Source: the human T2T-CHM13v2.0 reference genome, Homo sapiens
Length of the DNA stretch: 64,000 nt
NCBI RefSeq assembly: GCF_009914755.1
Contig: NC_060926.1
Direction: 5' to 3' (one strand)
Shown: piece after piece, positions 28,324 to 53,153 of the stretch
Position numbering within the stretch: the stretch's first letter is position 1
How the letters are laid out: every line of letters begins with the position of its first letter
Translations under genes and position numbers: made by a program
The notes under the pieces: generated by a model
What the model saw: only the letters and a program-made list of their open reading frames with translations
Told to the model about the DNA's origin: nothing
Database searches by the model: none

Positions 28324-30115
28324 AGAACTCACACTGGAGAGGAGCCCTTGAATACAGTGAGTGTGGGAAAATCTCCATCCCAGCTCCACATTGACTCAGC
28401 ATGTGATAGCCCACATGGAAAAACCCCATGCCTGTAATCAATGTGGAAAGATTCTCAGTGACTGCTAGTCCTTTCGTTGACATAAATCAACTCACATTGG
28501 AGTTAAACCTTATAAATGTCATCTATGCAGGAAAGTCTTTAATCATTGATCTTACATTAGACAACAGGAGCCCACTCACACTGGAGAGAAATTATATGAA
28601 TGTCATCTATGTAGAAAAGTCTTTAGTACATACTCTGGCCTTAGACAACACAAGAAGATCCACACTGGAGATAAACCATCTAAATGGAATTACTGTGAGA
28701 AACACTTTGGTCAGAACACCAAATTTATTCACACCATGGAACTCACACAGAAGAGAAACCTTATAAATGCAATAAATTTGGGAGGCATCTCAGACAAAGT
28801 GTAACCTTTATTCACACCAAAGAACTTGCATGACAGAGAAACTCTGTAAATATAGTAAATGTGGGAAAGAATTCCACCTGAGCATTCAGCTTTATTCACA
28901 CCACATAATTCACACTGCAGAGAAATCCTGTAAGTGTAATGACGGTGGAAGAGCCATCAGTTATCCTTTATCCCTCAGTCAACACAAGCAAATTCACACT
29001 GGAGAGAAATGATATGAATGTCATTTATGTGGAAGAGTGTGGTCAAATTTCTGGTTAGTAAACATAAGAGAATTTGCACTAAAGAAATAAAGTAACTGTG
29101 ACCAGGATTTTAGATCACAGTGAAGTGGCCTTGTTGTCTGGGGGGAGGTTCTTGGTCTCATGGCCACGGAGATTAAGGACCCGGACACACACAAGGGTGA
29201 GGTCTAGAGCAGAACTGTAATAGGTGAAAGAAAGAGGATAGCTCTCTCCTACAGAGAGGGGTCCCAGGAAAATGGGTTGCCAATCTCTGGTGAAATGCAG
29301 GGGGTTTTTATAGATGAGCTAATGGGAAGATGGTGTCTGATCTACATAGGGCATGAAAATCTGGTTAGGACCAATTGTGCCATTTGCACAGGGCATGAAT
29401 CTCTGGCAGCCCCCACCCCAATCTTTTATTATGCAGGTGGGTAGCTACTCCATGTTGCTTATTTCTTTCGGACTGTATACATGGTAACAAAAAAAGGGAA
29501 GGTGGAGCCCCATGGTGGACATGCCTGGCCCCAGGTAGCCCTTTTCTATGGGTGTAGCTATAGGCCTCCCCCAGTGCAAGCTTCCAGCTTCCTTATCAAT
29601 GCTTGCAGCTCAATCTTTCAGGCTTCTCTTTGTTAAAAAAGGAATGATTTCTTGGGCTGCTTTTTGTTAGAAGGGAAGTTCTGTCAAGGACTCTTTTGCC
29701 CTCACTATCTGCCTAAATAATTTCTTTCTATCTCCTGTATCAAGAGCTCTCACTTGATTTACACACACACCAAAAATAAGAATTATAGGGGAGAAAAATC
29801 ATATGAATGTCAGATATGTGGGAAAGCCTTCAGTCAATTCTCTGACTATGGACAACCTGGGAGAACCTACATTAGAAATGTAATAAATGCATAAGAGCCT
29901 TCAGCAGTAGCTGTAAACTTTATAAACACCAGAGAACTTACATGGAGGAGAAACTTTATGCCTGTCACCAATGTGGAAATGCCTTCATATCTAACTTATC
30001 CTTCAAACAACAGGAGTGAACTGTACTGTAGATAAGCCCTTGGTCTGTAATCAGCTTTAACAAGCATTCGGCAGAGGTCCAGCTCCAGTGTGCACAAGAA
30101 AACCCAGAGGAGGAA
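28324..30115 (+). pseudogene. C2H2 zinc-finger exon, decayed (remnants continue at ~37210-37495 and ~39695)
   Basis: Repeated 84-nt fingers, e.g. HIGVKPYKCHLCRKVFNH*SYIRQQEPTHTGEKLYECHLCRKVFSTYSGLRQHKKIHTGDKP and GEKSYECQICGKAFSQ; many stops and frameshifts; caacag acceptor at 28323. Confidence 0.9.
29121..29742 (-). mobile_element. ERV1 solo LTR, LTR9-like, inside the zinc-finger exon
   Basis: Reverse complement begins TGATACAGGAGATAGAAAGAAATTATTTAGGCAGATAGTGAGGG and ends ...CTTCA; near-TSD ACAG/AGAG. Confidence 0.7.
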
Positions 30116-30236
30116 TAGCCTCTTAACAAGAAATTCGGGGTCCATTTTATTATGGGAGCTCTGTTTTCACTCTATTAAATCTTGCATGTGCACACTCTTG
30201 TGGTCCGTGTTTGTTATGGCTCGAGCTGAGCTTTCA

Positions 30237-30362
<126 letters not shown>

Positions 30363-32109
30363 CTAAAGGCTCGCCATTGTTCCTGCATGGCTAAGTGCCC
30401 GGGTTCATCCTAATCGAGCTGAACACTAGTTGCTGGGTTCCACGGTTCTCTTCCATTACTCATGGCTTCTAATAGAGCTATAACACTCACCGCATGGCCC
30501 AAGATTCCATTCCTTGGAATCCATGAGGCCAAGAACCCCAGGTCAGAGAACAAGAGGCTTGCTGCCATCTTGGAAGCAGCCTGCCACCATCTTGGGAACT
30601 CTAAGAACAAGGACCCCCCCAGTAACATTTTGGCAACCACGAAGGGACCCCCCAAAGTGGTGAGTAATACTGGACCACTTTCACTTGCTATTCTGTCCTA
30701 TCCTTCCTTAGAATTGGAGGAAAATACTGGGCACCTGTCAGCTGGTTAAAAACCATTAGTGTGGCCGTTGGACTTAAGACTCAGGTGTGAGACTCTCTGG
30801 GAAAGGGCTAACAACCCCAACCCTTCTGGGTTGGGAGCGTTAGTCTGCCTGGAACCAGCTTCTGCTTTCAATTTTCCTGGGGAAGCCGAGGGCCGACTAG
30901 AGGCAGAGAGCTGTTGTCCCAAACTACGGCATTAGCTGGTTGAGATCATGGCACAGCCAGAAGTCTCTACTCAACAGTTGCCCATGCGTGTGCCCCTACC
31001 TTTCCTTCTGACCCATACCTCCTGGGTCCTGACCATGACTTTCTTGAAAGTGTAGCCCTAAAATTCTCCTTGCCTCTGAATCTACATCCTCCAATCCGTG
31101 CCTCCTAGATTCTAATGCTTCAGACTTTCACTTCCTCTCCCAAGTATTAGAACAGGTTGTATCTCCAAAGGGATCTAAGGAAGCTCTATGCTGCATCCTT
31201 AGGCCCCTAGGCTATGAACCCAGGGAGTCTTTTCCCTGGTGTCCCTCCCAATTTAGGCATACAGCTCTCGACATGAGCAGTTATGTGGGACCCATTCCCC
31301 ACCACCCTTACCAGGGCCTTAGAACTGATAACCCAGTACTTTAACAACAGGAACTAGGTCTACAACAACGTAATAGATCAGGATGAAAGCAAATTGAGTA
31401 AACAAAAGGGAGGCACATATTCCTATAGTGGCAAATGGGGGCAACAAGTGAACATCCTTCCACTGTGTTTCCAAAATCCATCTACAAAGACAGCAAGGAA
31501 AAAGAAAAAGAAAGAGAAAGAAGTAGTAAAGAAAAAAGTGTGCCCTATGTCTTTAAAAGCCAGGGTAAATTTAAAACCTATAATTGATAATTGAAGCTTG
31601 TCTCCATGACTCTGTAACACTCCAGTACCCCTTTGTTGTCAGTGTAAACAAGGGCGTAGCCCGAAAGCACTGAGGCCACTGACAACCAGTAGCCTTCCTA
31701 TAAAAAATCCTTAACCCAGGAACCTGCAGATGGCCCAAGTGCATTCAATCTGTAGTGGCAACTGCTTTGCTAACAGAAGAAAGTAGAAAATTAGCCTTTA
31801 GAGGAAACCTCATTGTGAGCACACCTCTCCAGTTCAGAACTATCCCAAGTCAAAAAAGCAAAAAGGGTAGCTTACTAACTCAAAAATCTTAAAGTATGGG
31901 GCTATTCTGTTAGAAAAAGATAATTTAACATTAAATTCCCTTAACCCAGCAGATTTCCTAACAGGCAATTTAAATCTTAATTACCATACAAAAGTCCGAC
32001 CAGACCTAGGAGGAACTCCCTCCAGGACAGGACAGTAGATGGTTCCTCCCAGGGCATTGAGAAAAAAACACAATGGGGAGTCAATAACTGAGGGAAACTC
32101 TTGTAGAAG

Positions 32110-33030
32110 ATAGACCTAGGTAAATTCTCAGATAACCCTGATGGCTATATTCATGTTTTACAAGGGTTAGGACAATCCTTTGATCTGACTTGGAGAGATA
32201 TAATGTTACTGCTAGATCAGACACTAACCCCAAATGAGAGAAGTGCTCCGTAACTGCAGCCTGAGAGTTTGGCAGTCTCTGGTATCTCAGTCAGGTCAAT
32301 GATAGGATGACAACAAAGGAAAGAGAATAATTCCCCACAGGCCAGCAGGCAGTTCCCAGTGTAGACTCACACTGGGACACAGAATCAGAATGGAGATTGG
32401 TGCTGCAGACATTTGCTAACTTGCATGCTAGAAGGACTAAGGAAAACTAGGGAGAAGCCTATAAATTATTCAATGATGTCCACTATAACACAGGAAAAGG
32501 AAGAAAATCCTACTGCCTTTCTGGAGAGACTAAGGGACGCATTGAGGAAGCATACTTCTCTGTCACCTGACTCTATTGAAGGCCAACTAATCTTAAATGA
32601 TAAGTTTATCACTCCATCAGCTGCAGACATTAGAAAAAAACTTCAAAAGTCTGCCTTAGGCCTGGAACAAAACTTAGATACCCTATTGAACTTGGCAACC
32701 TCGGTTTTTTATAATAAAGATCAGAAGGAGCAGGCGGAACGGGACAAATGAGATAAGAAAAAGGCCACCACTTTAGTGATGGCCCTTAGGCAAGCAGACT
32801 TTGGAGGCTCTGGAACATGGAAAGGCTGGGCAAATGAAATGCCTAATAAGGGCTTGCTTCCAGTGTGGTCTACAAGGACACTTTAAAAAACATTGTCCAA
32901 ATAGAAATAAGCCACCCCCTCGTCCATGCCCCTTATGTCAAGGGAATCACTGGAAGGCCCACTGGCCCAGGGAATGAAGGTCCTCTGAGTCAGAAGCCAC
33001 TAACCAGATGATCCAGCAGCAGGACTGAGG
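32110..33030 (+). pseudogene. HERV-W gag (capsid and nucleocapsid), disrupted
   Basis: DLGKFSDNPDGYI...DLTWRDIMLLLDQTL; ITQEKEENPTAFLERLRDAL; knuckle CFQCGLQGHFKKHC; stops and frameshifts. Confidence 0.9.
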
Positions 33031-35940
<2,910 letters not shown>

Positions 35941-35961
35941 CTGCAGGCCATACATTTCAAT

Positions 35962-36190
35962 TCCTGTATCTTTAACCTCCTTGTTAAGTTTGTCTCTTCC
36001 AGAATCGAAGCTGTAAAACTACAAATCATTCTTCAAATGGAGCCCCAGAGGCAGTCCATGACTAAGATCTACTGCAGACCCCTGGACCTGCCTGCTAGCC
36101 CATGCTCTGATGTTAATGACATCGAAGGTACCCCTCCTGAGGAAATCTCAACTGCACGACCCCTTCTATGCCCAATTCAGCAGGAAACAG
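35962..36190 (+). pseudogene. HERV-W env C-terminal remnant (end of TM and cytoplasmic tail)
   Basis: PCIFNLLVKFVSSRIEAVKLQIILQMEPQRQSMTKIYCRPLDLPASPCSDVNDIEGTPPEEIS is homologous to the syncytin-1 tail. Confidence 0.9.
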
Positions 36191-36660
36191 AGCGGTTGTC
36201 AGCCAACCTCCCCAACAGCACTTCAGTTTTGCTGTTGAGAGGGGGACTGAGAGACAGGACTAGCTGGATTTCCTAGGCTGACTAAGAATCCCTAAGCCTA
36301 GCTGGAAGGTGACCTCCCTAAGCCTAGCTGGAAGGTGACCGCATCCACCTTTAAACACGGGGCTTGCAACTTAGCTCACACCCGACCAATCAGGTAGTAA
36401 AGAGAACTCACTAAAATGCTAATTAGGCTAAAACAGGAGGTAAAGAAATAGCCAATCATCTATCGCACAGGGGGAGGGACAATGATCGGGATATAAACCC
36501 AGGTATTCAAGCTGGCAACAGCAACCCCCTTTGGGTCCCCTCCCATTTTATGGGAGCTCTGTTTTCACTCTATTAAATCTTGCAACTGCAAAAACAAAAC
36601 AAAAAAAAAAAAACCACAAGAAATTGGATAGAAATTCTGAATCAGGAAGAGGAAGCTTCC

Positions 36661-37210
36661 TGTGTGTTTTAGGGGAGTACTGGAGGACGTGGTATAGTAA
36701 AGAATACATCTGACATTGTCTTTAGTTCTTAGCACAGAGCTTCAAAAATTTAATCAACCAAGCCTACATAATGAAACTGCAGTAAGATCTCTAGACACTG
36801 AGGCTCAGGGGAGCTTCTAGGTTGGTGAACACCTTGCTGATCGGGAGGGTAACCAGCAGCGACTCCATGGGGAGAGGGCACACAGCTCTACATTCCCTCC
36901 AGACCTCACCCTATACATCCCTTCATTTAGTTGTTACCAAGTTGTATGTTTTATAATAAACCTGTAATCATAATTATTGCTTACTTTTGAGCTCTGTGAG
37001 TCATTTTAGTGAATTATTGAATCTGAGGGGAAATGAAAACCTCTGATTTTATAGCCAGTTGTGTAGAAGTGCAAGTGGCTTGGGGCCCCCCAAAGTGTGC
37101 CTGGTATTTGAAATCTTAAGAGAAGCTCAATGGGAATGAGGCTTTAAACATGTGAAGTCTGATGCTAACTCTGGATAGTGTCAGAATTGAATATCCATAT
37201 ACCCCTAGTG
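36661..37210 (+). mobile_element. MER21-type LTR
   Basis: AATCAACCAAGCCTACATAATGAAAC...GAGGCTCAGGGGAGCTTC...GGTTGGTGAACA...TAGTGTCAGAATTGAAT. Confidence 0.65.
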
Positions 37211-37506
37211 TAGTTAAAATGGAATAGGGGAATATCAGATAATTTATGCTGGAGAAGGAAGTGAAATAAACATAGGAAACCCTTTATTCACACAGCAACT
37301 CTTGTAGGACATGCAAGGATTCACATGGTATAGAATAATTTCAGTGTAACCAATGAGGGACGGGCCCAGTGATCACTCATTCCTCAGTCAGTATTACAGT
37401 TCTCACAGCAGGGCGATACTAATCCTAAAGTCAGAGTAGAAAAACCATCTTCAGGAATTCATCAGAAAACTCAAACCAGGAAAAAACTCTATCAAGAATC
37501 CTTTAG

Positions 37507-39681
37507 GAAGTCCTAGCTATAGCAATCAGACAAGAGAAAGAAATAAAGGTCATCCAAATTGGAAAAGAAGAAGTCAAATTATTCTTATACTTGACATGAT
37601 CTTAAATTTGGAAAAAACTAAAGACTCCAACAAAAAACTATTAGAACTGATAAATTCAGTAAAGTTGCAGAATACAAAATCAACACAAAAATCAGTAGCA
37701 TTTCTATATGCCAACAGTAAACAATCTGAAAAAGAAATCAAGGAAGTAATCCCATTTACAGTATAGCTACAAATAAAATAAAATACCTAGAAATAAACTT
37801 AACCAAAGAAATGAATGATCTCTACAATGAAAACTGTGAAACACTGATGAACGAATTGAAGAGGACACAAAAAAATGAAAAGATATTCCGTGTTCATGGA
37901 TTGGAAGAATCAATATTGTTAAAATGTCCATACTACTCAAAGCAATCTACAGGTTCAATGCAATCCCTATCAAAATACCAAAGACATTCTTCACAGAAAT
38001 AGAAAAAAAATCCTAAAATTTTCATGGAACCACACAAGACCCAGAATAGCCAAAGCTATCCTAAACAAAAGGAACAAAACTGGAAGAATCACATTACCTG
38101 ACTTCAAATTATACTACAGAGCTATAGTAATCAAAACAGCATTGTACTGGCATAAAAACAGACACATAGACCAACGGAACAGAACAGAGGATCCAGAAAC
38201 AAACCCATACTCCTGCAGTGAACTCAGTTTTAACAAAGTGCCGAGAACAGACATTGGGGAAAGGATGGGCTCTTCAATAAATGGTGCTGGGAAAACTGGG
38301 TATGCAAAGGCAGAAGAATGAAACTAGACCCCTGTCTCTTGCCACATACAAAAATCAAATCAAAATGGGTTAAAGACTTAAATCCAAGTCCTCAAACTAT
38401 GAAACTACTCCACAAAAACATTGGGGAAACCCTCCAGGACATTGACCTAGATAAAGATTTTTTGAGTAATACCCCACAGGCATGGGCAACCAAAGCAAAA
38501 ATGGACAAATGGGTCACTTGTTTAAAAGCTTATACACAGCAAAGGAAACAATCAACAAGTAAAGAGTCAACCCACAGAATGGGAGAAAGTATTTGCAAAC
38601 TGCTTATCTGACAATGGATTAATAACTGGAATATATAAGGAGCTCAAACAACTCTATAGGAAAAAAATCGAATAATGTGATTAAAAAATGGGCAAAAATT
38701 CTGAGTAGACATTTCTCCAAAGAAGACATATAAATGGCAAACAGCCATATAAAAAGGTGCTCAACATCATCAGTCAGCAGAGAAATGCAAATCAAAACTA
38801 CAATGAGATATCATCCCACCTTAGTTGGAATGGCTTTTATGCAAAAGACAAGCAATTAACAAATACTGGCAACAATATGGAGAAAAGAGAATCCATGTTC
38901 ACTGTTGGTGGGAATGTAAATTAGTTCAACCACTATGGAGAACAGTTTGGGGGGTTTCTCAGAAAATGAAAAATAGAACTACCAAATGATCCAGCAACCC
39001 CACTGCTAGGTATATACCTAAAAGAAAGAAAATCAGTGTATTGAAGGGATATCTGCACTCCCATGTTTATTGCAGCAGTATTCACAATAGCCAAGATTTG
39101 GAAGCAGCCCAAGTATCCATCAACAGACAAATGCATCAAGAAAATGTGGTGCATATACCCAATGGAATACTATTCAGCTGTAAAAAAAGAATAGGATCCT
39201 GTCATTTGTAACAACATGGATGGAACTGGAGGCCACAGTGTTAAGTTAAATAAGCCAGGCACAGAAAAACAAATTTCCCATGTTCTCACTTATTTGTGGG
39301 AGCTAAAAATCAAAACAATTGAATTCATGGAGAAAGAAGGATGGTGACCAGAGGCTGGGAAGGGTAGTGGAGGGTGAGGGAAAGTACGGATGATTAATGG
39401 GTACAAAAATATACTTAGGTAGAATGAATAATATCTAATATTGGATAGCACAACAGGGTGACTACAGTCAACAATGATGTATTGTACATTTTAAAATAAC
39501 TAAAAAAGTGTAATTGGGTTGTTTGTAATGTAAATAAAGTATAAATGCTTGAGGGGACGGATACCCCGTTTACTCTGATGTGATTATTATGCATTGCATG
39601 CCTGAATCAAAACATCTCATGTACTCCATGAATATGTACCTACTGTGTACCCACAAAAATCAAAATAAAAAAAATTATAAA
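37507..39681 (+). mobile_element. 5'-truncated L1MA (MA2/MA3-like)
   Basis: 3' half of ORF2 ([21 protein letters not shown]), L1MA 3' UTR, A tail; TSD AAGAA(T/C)CCTTTAG at 37494-37506 and 39682-39694. Confidence 0.9.
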
Positions 39682-40683
39682 AAGAACCCTTTAGCCCACA
39701 ATTCATTTAGGAACTCAGAATTTTGCCATGTGACTCAATTTTTAAAAGTAAGATAAAAATACGATTGTGATACGATTTGGGTTGTTGAATGCAAAATTTT
39801 GTGACAAGTAATAAGTGATGAGGTTAAAGGTTAAATACTTTTCAATAGATTAATACTTTTCAATACACACGCAGCCAAAGTTGCTGAAAAAACACCATAT
39901 GTTGGTCAGTTTCTAGCTTTTTATGCAGCTCTTAACATAATTTTATTAGTAGAACTTTGGGTCCATCAGAAAATAACTTTGAATATGAGCTGAGAAACAG
40001 GACACAAAATTATGCATCTTAACCATTATATTAGTATTACGTGTACATACACATGGCAAATATTTATATGAACATGGATAAATAACACATAATTTATGAC
40101 TGAAGTCTGATGTTAATATAATTCTTCCTTTAAAATGTCAAATCTGTCCATATTTTCCCACCTACACTGCCATGGTTATTCCTCACCTTGACGGGCAGGA
40201 GGAGAGGGCAGGGAGAGGAGGCTAGGAGGGAGGAAACAGGCAGAAGGAGACGCCGCAGGAGCATGCAGTATGCGGGTGAGTGTCCCCAGCCGTACTGGGG
40301 CAAGGATGGACTGGTGGCGGGGGATGAAGGGCAGTAGGAGCAGAAAGAAGGAAGAGGGCTGCACAGGCAAGGCACTGATGGGGCAAATGAGGCGGTGAGG
40401 TTTAGTATCGAGAGCATCACAGCCACAGAGGAGAGGAAATGCAATGAAGATGTGGGTGCGTTGTCCTGGGAAGCTCACGCTTCCTCATGAGGGTGCTACC
40501 AGTTCTTGCGAGAATCAGATCAGCTGAAGCACACAGAGCACTCTCTCTGCTGAACAGCGGGAGCTCAGTTCCTGTTGTTTCACTCTCATCTCTCCCAGTT
40601 CTTTCTGATAAACCTTGAGCTGCTCCTCCTTGTAAATTAGAACTTCCAACTTTCCAAGTTGGAAGCGGACTGAAAGGCTATTT

Positions 40684-41047
40684 TGGTAGACACAATTCTA
40701 AGATGGCTCCTGAAATTCTGTCTCCTGGAGTCCACCCTGTATAATCTCTTCCCATTGAGCGGGGCCTGGACTTCTGAATATATTGGGATGCCATTTCCCT
40801 AATTAGATGACCTTACATGGCAATGCTGGGGGGCAGGGTTTGCAGATGTATTTAAGGTGCATAGTATTCTGACAGTGATATAATCAAGAGCTAGTTTTAT
40901 CTAATTAGAAGAGTCCTTTTGAAGAGAGTCTATGGGTCAGAAATGAAGGAAGTCTGAGAGACGTTCCTAACATTCAACATAAATCAATTGGTAATTTGGT
41001 AATTTGAGGTTTCCGGCAATTTGTTTCACATAAATAGAACTAACAGA
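40684..41047 (+). mobile_element. MLT1E-like MaLR LTR, internally deleted
   Basis: TGGTAGACACAATTCTAAGATGGCTCC...TTTGCAGATGTATTTAAGG...AATAGAACTAACA. Confidence 0.6.
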
Positions 41048-41776
41048 GGTATCTAGACTCATCTCCTCTGCTCCCTGGATCCTAGTCCTAGTTCTAACCA
41101 GTTACTAAATCCTTGTCAGCAAAGGATCATCCAGCTTGTTGCTAAACAGCCCTAGTGTAGGGACCTGACTGACACCTAAGGTAGAATAATTTGGTTTTAT
41201 AAACAGGGTTAATAATTATAGTAGTGATTCCTGTTACCTGTTCAGCAGTAAGTAGATGCCAGCTACCATGCAAAGTCCTTGACCTTATCAAATTTTTACG
41301 ATAGCCTCGTGAGGACAAGAGAGAAGGGCAGTGTAGCTAGGTGAGATTCAACCAGTCATTTAGTTCAACCTCATTCAGTTGTGAGGAATCTCAGGCCCAG
41401 CTCTGTTAAGCTCGGGGGTTACAAAGCCCCCTGCTGCTGTTTACGACCATTAGCATAATCCAGAACACCTAGATGTTTCCTCTATTTTCTGTGAATTCAG
41501 CAAAAGTATCCTTTACCCACACAATCTCCTGTGGTTGTGTTTATATGCACTACTCTTGTGCTATGACCAGAATTAGTTCACAGCAGCCTTTCATGTTGTC
41601 ACAATGTTAACTTAGCACGTCTTCAACACCACCAGCCTGTGATGTACTTTAGAGAATTGTACATTTCTGGCTATATATGATTTAAACACAGTCAAACATC
41701 TATCATACTGAAAATTCAAAATTCATAAACAAATCTATAAAATGCTTTAGAGGCTCAGAAAAGAAGTGAGTTGGCA

Positions 41777-42091
<315 letters not shown>

Positions 42092-42369
42092 TTAGTTAAG
42101 TTTTGAATGACTGTAATGCTCCTTATTATCCAAATAGGTTTTAAATTCTGGAGATAAGCTAACAAATGGTGTGACATGCTATGAAACAGGTTTTATTGTG
42201 GATAAGGGAAGAAATATATATTCAACGAAGCGTAAGTATTGTCCGTAAAACATATCACATTATGTGACCTTGTCAGTGGTTAAAAATCAATTCAAGTTCC
42301 AGCCAACCCTAACATTCATTAGGCTAAATTTCTTTAAAATAATTGTATCATATTAAATAATAATTTTAA

Positions 42370-43040
<671 letters not shown>

Positions 43041-43576
43041 AAGGTAGTCTTTTAAATGGGGAATATAGAATTCGAATTGTGTCTCATTCTCTGTTGTACA
43101 GAAAATTGAAGAGTTATGCAATAGTACTGGGGGTTACAATATAATTACTCCTTTAAAGATAATGCAGCCTAAGCAATTTTTACACCTAGAAAATGAAAAA
43201 CCAAAATGTTTTCCTTTCCATGGAATGGTAACTTGTAATTAGTCCATTGAAAGTATGTTGGTTAGTGTTGTTTATTTGCCCTAGACTTAGAGGATAAGAA
43301 TTTGTGAGACAGATCCTCTTAAAGAGGTGTAAATGTTAAAAAATTTAAAATTCCTTTAGCCTAATATTTTTTTCCTACAATTTCCTTCAACTTAAGTTTA
43401 ATGGAAATTTAGGACCCTGTAAGAAGTAGTTTGATAGAAATGCAAGACCATGGCATTCTACCTTGATATTAAACAATTAGTTCAAGAATGACAGGAACAA
43501 AAATTAGTTTACCTTAAATAGTAAATTCAAATTACTACTAAACCAAAAGTTTAGCATGTAGGTATTGTTACTAATC

Positions 43577-43886
<310 letters not shown>

Positions 43887-44316
43887 TATTAATGATCTTA
43901 CAGGGCAGAGTAGTCCTTGAACACCAGGCATATTTTTTAAAAAAATTCTTTTAGAGTGGTTGATTTGAATCATTTTGAAAGGAAAACTAATTTTATACCT
44001 CAAAATGAATTTAGATTATGTCTAGTCATAATTATGTTATAGTCATAAATGTCTATTTTCTAAATTTGGGGGTCTTGCTCAGTGTAATAAAATATTCATT
44101 TTTGTACCTTATTAGATTCACTTAACCACGAAAGCTGGTTTTTTTTATTACCTCATATGCTGATAAGATAATTAGTATTTTATTAATGAATTTTTAGTAA
44201 TATTATTGGGAAGATCATGATGCTATATGAATCATGTTTCATATATAAAGAAATCAAGGATTAGAAAGGCGTATAACCATATTATTTGTGGTATGTTACT
44301 AAGAATGGATATCATC

Positions 44317-44716
44317 TGTCTTAGCCCATCTGTGTTGCTAGAAAGGAATACCTGAGACTGGATAGCATATAAAGAAAAACAGCCACAGTTCTGTTGGCTG
44401 AAAGATTGGGCATGTGGGGAGGGCCTCTGGCTGCCTCCGCTCTTGAAGAAAGATAAAGGGGAGCCGGTTTGCAGAGACTGCATGGCGAGAGAGGAAGCAA
44501 GAGAAAGAGGAGGAGGGGCCAGGCTCCTTTAACAACCAGTTCTCACAGGAACTAATAGAGCAAGAACTCACTCACCACCCACCCGCCAGGGAGGGCATTA
44601 ATCCACTCATGAAGGAGCCACCCCCATGATCCAAACACCTCCCATTAGGCCCCACCTCCAACACTGGGTATTAAATTTTAACATGAGGCTTGGGGGCCAA
44701 CATCCAAACCATAGCA
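44317..44716 (-). mobile_element. MSTB-like MaLR solo LTR
   Basis: TGTCTTAGCCCAT...ATCCAAACCATAGCA termini; 5-bp TSD TCATC on both sides. Confidence 0.88.
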
Positions 44717-45119
44717 TCATCTGTTGTGAATAATAATAAAAATACTGAAGAATATTTATGGAAACATCGCTTGAGTCCATGCAAGATTTCACAAATACCT
44801 TGTCATTCTTAGAAATCAAAATGACCTTTTTGTAATTTTGGATTGGCACATTTATAAACATTTTCCAAATACAGTGTCACCATCTAGAGCAGTGGTTTGA
44901 TTTAGTATCTCTTTAGATCTTTCTACATGTTCACAGGAGAGTTTTGGAAAATTAGTTCAGGTGTTCTAATTCTTTATGCATTTATTGGAATTTAATAGAA
45001 ACTAAGGTATGTTTAATGTAGATTTCAGAATTGTCAATCAAATGTGCTGTGCTCATTACTCAACTATTGAAGCCATGACTTTTTCTCAATATCTTTACCT
45101 TTTTTTCAAGCATTTCATT

Positions 45120-51200
<6,081 letters not shown>

Positions 51201-51527
51201 TTTAAATAATAAAGCATGTGACCTTATTTTATTAGGAAAATTTACAAATGTAAAGTTGACCGAAAAGCATGAGGAGCACACATGTACCCGTCACCCAGCT
51301 TTAACAATTATGAACTGTGACCAATCATTTCCTCTGACTATTCCCACCCACTTTCTTCCCTCTCCTATTATTTTGAAGCTAATCTCATATATATCATTTC
51401 ATTTGTAAATACTTTTGTATCTTTAAATAAGGATTCTCAATAACCATGACAACTAAAAATATCAATAATAATTCTTTAATATTATAAACTATTTTCACCA
51501 GGATCAAATTTTTAATTGTTTCATTAA

Positions 51528-52965
<1,438 letters not shown>

Positions 52966-53018
52966 GTCCTCCCTGCTGGAACACAAATTTTTTTTTTTTT
53001 TTTTTTTTTTGAGACTGA

Positions 53019-53153
<135 letters not shown>

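Noticed and set aside
28428-28766. 112-aa ORF (..TLELNLINV..TLERNYMNV..)
   Set aside because: Shifted-frame shadow of C2H2 fingers; the true frame contains stops.
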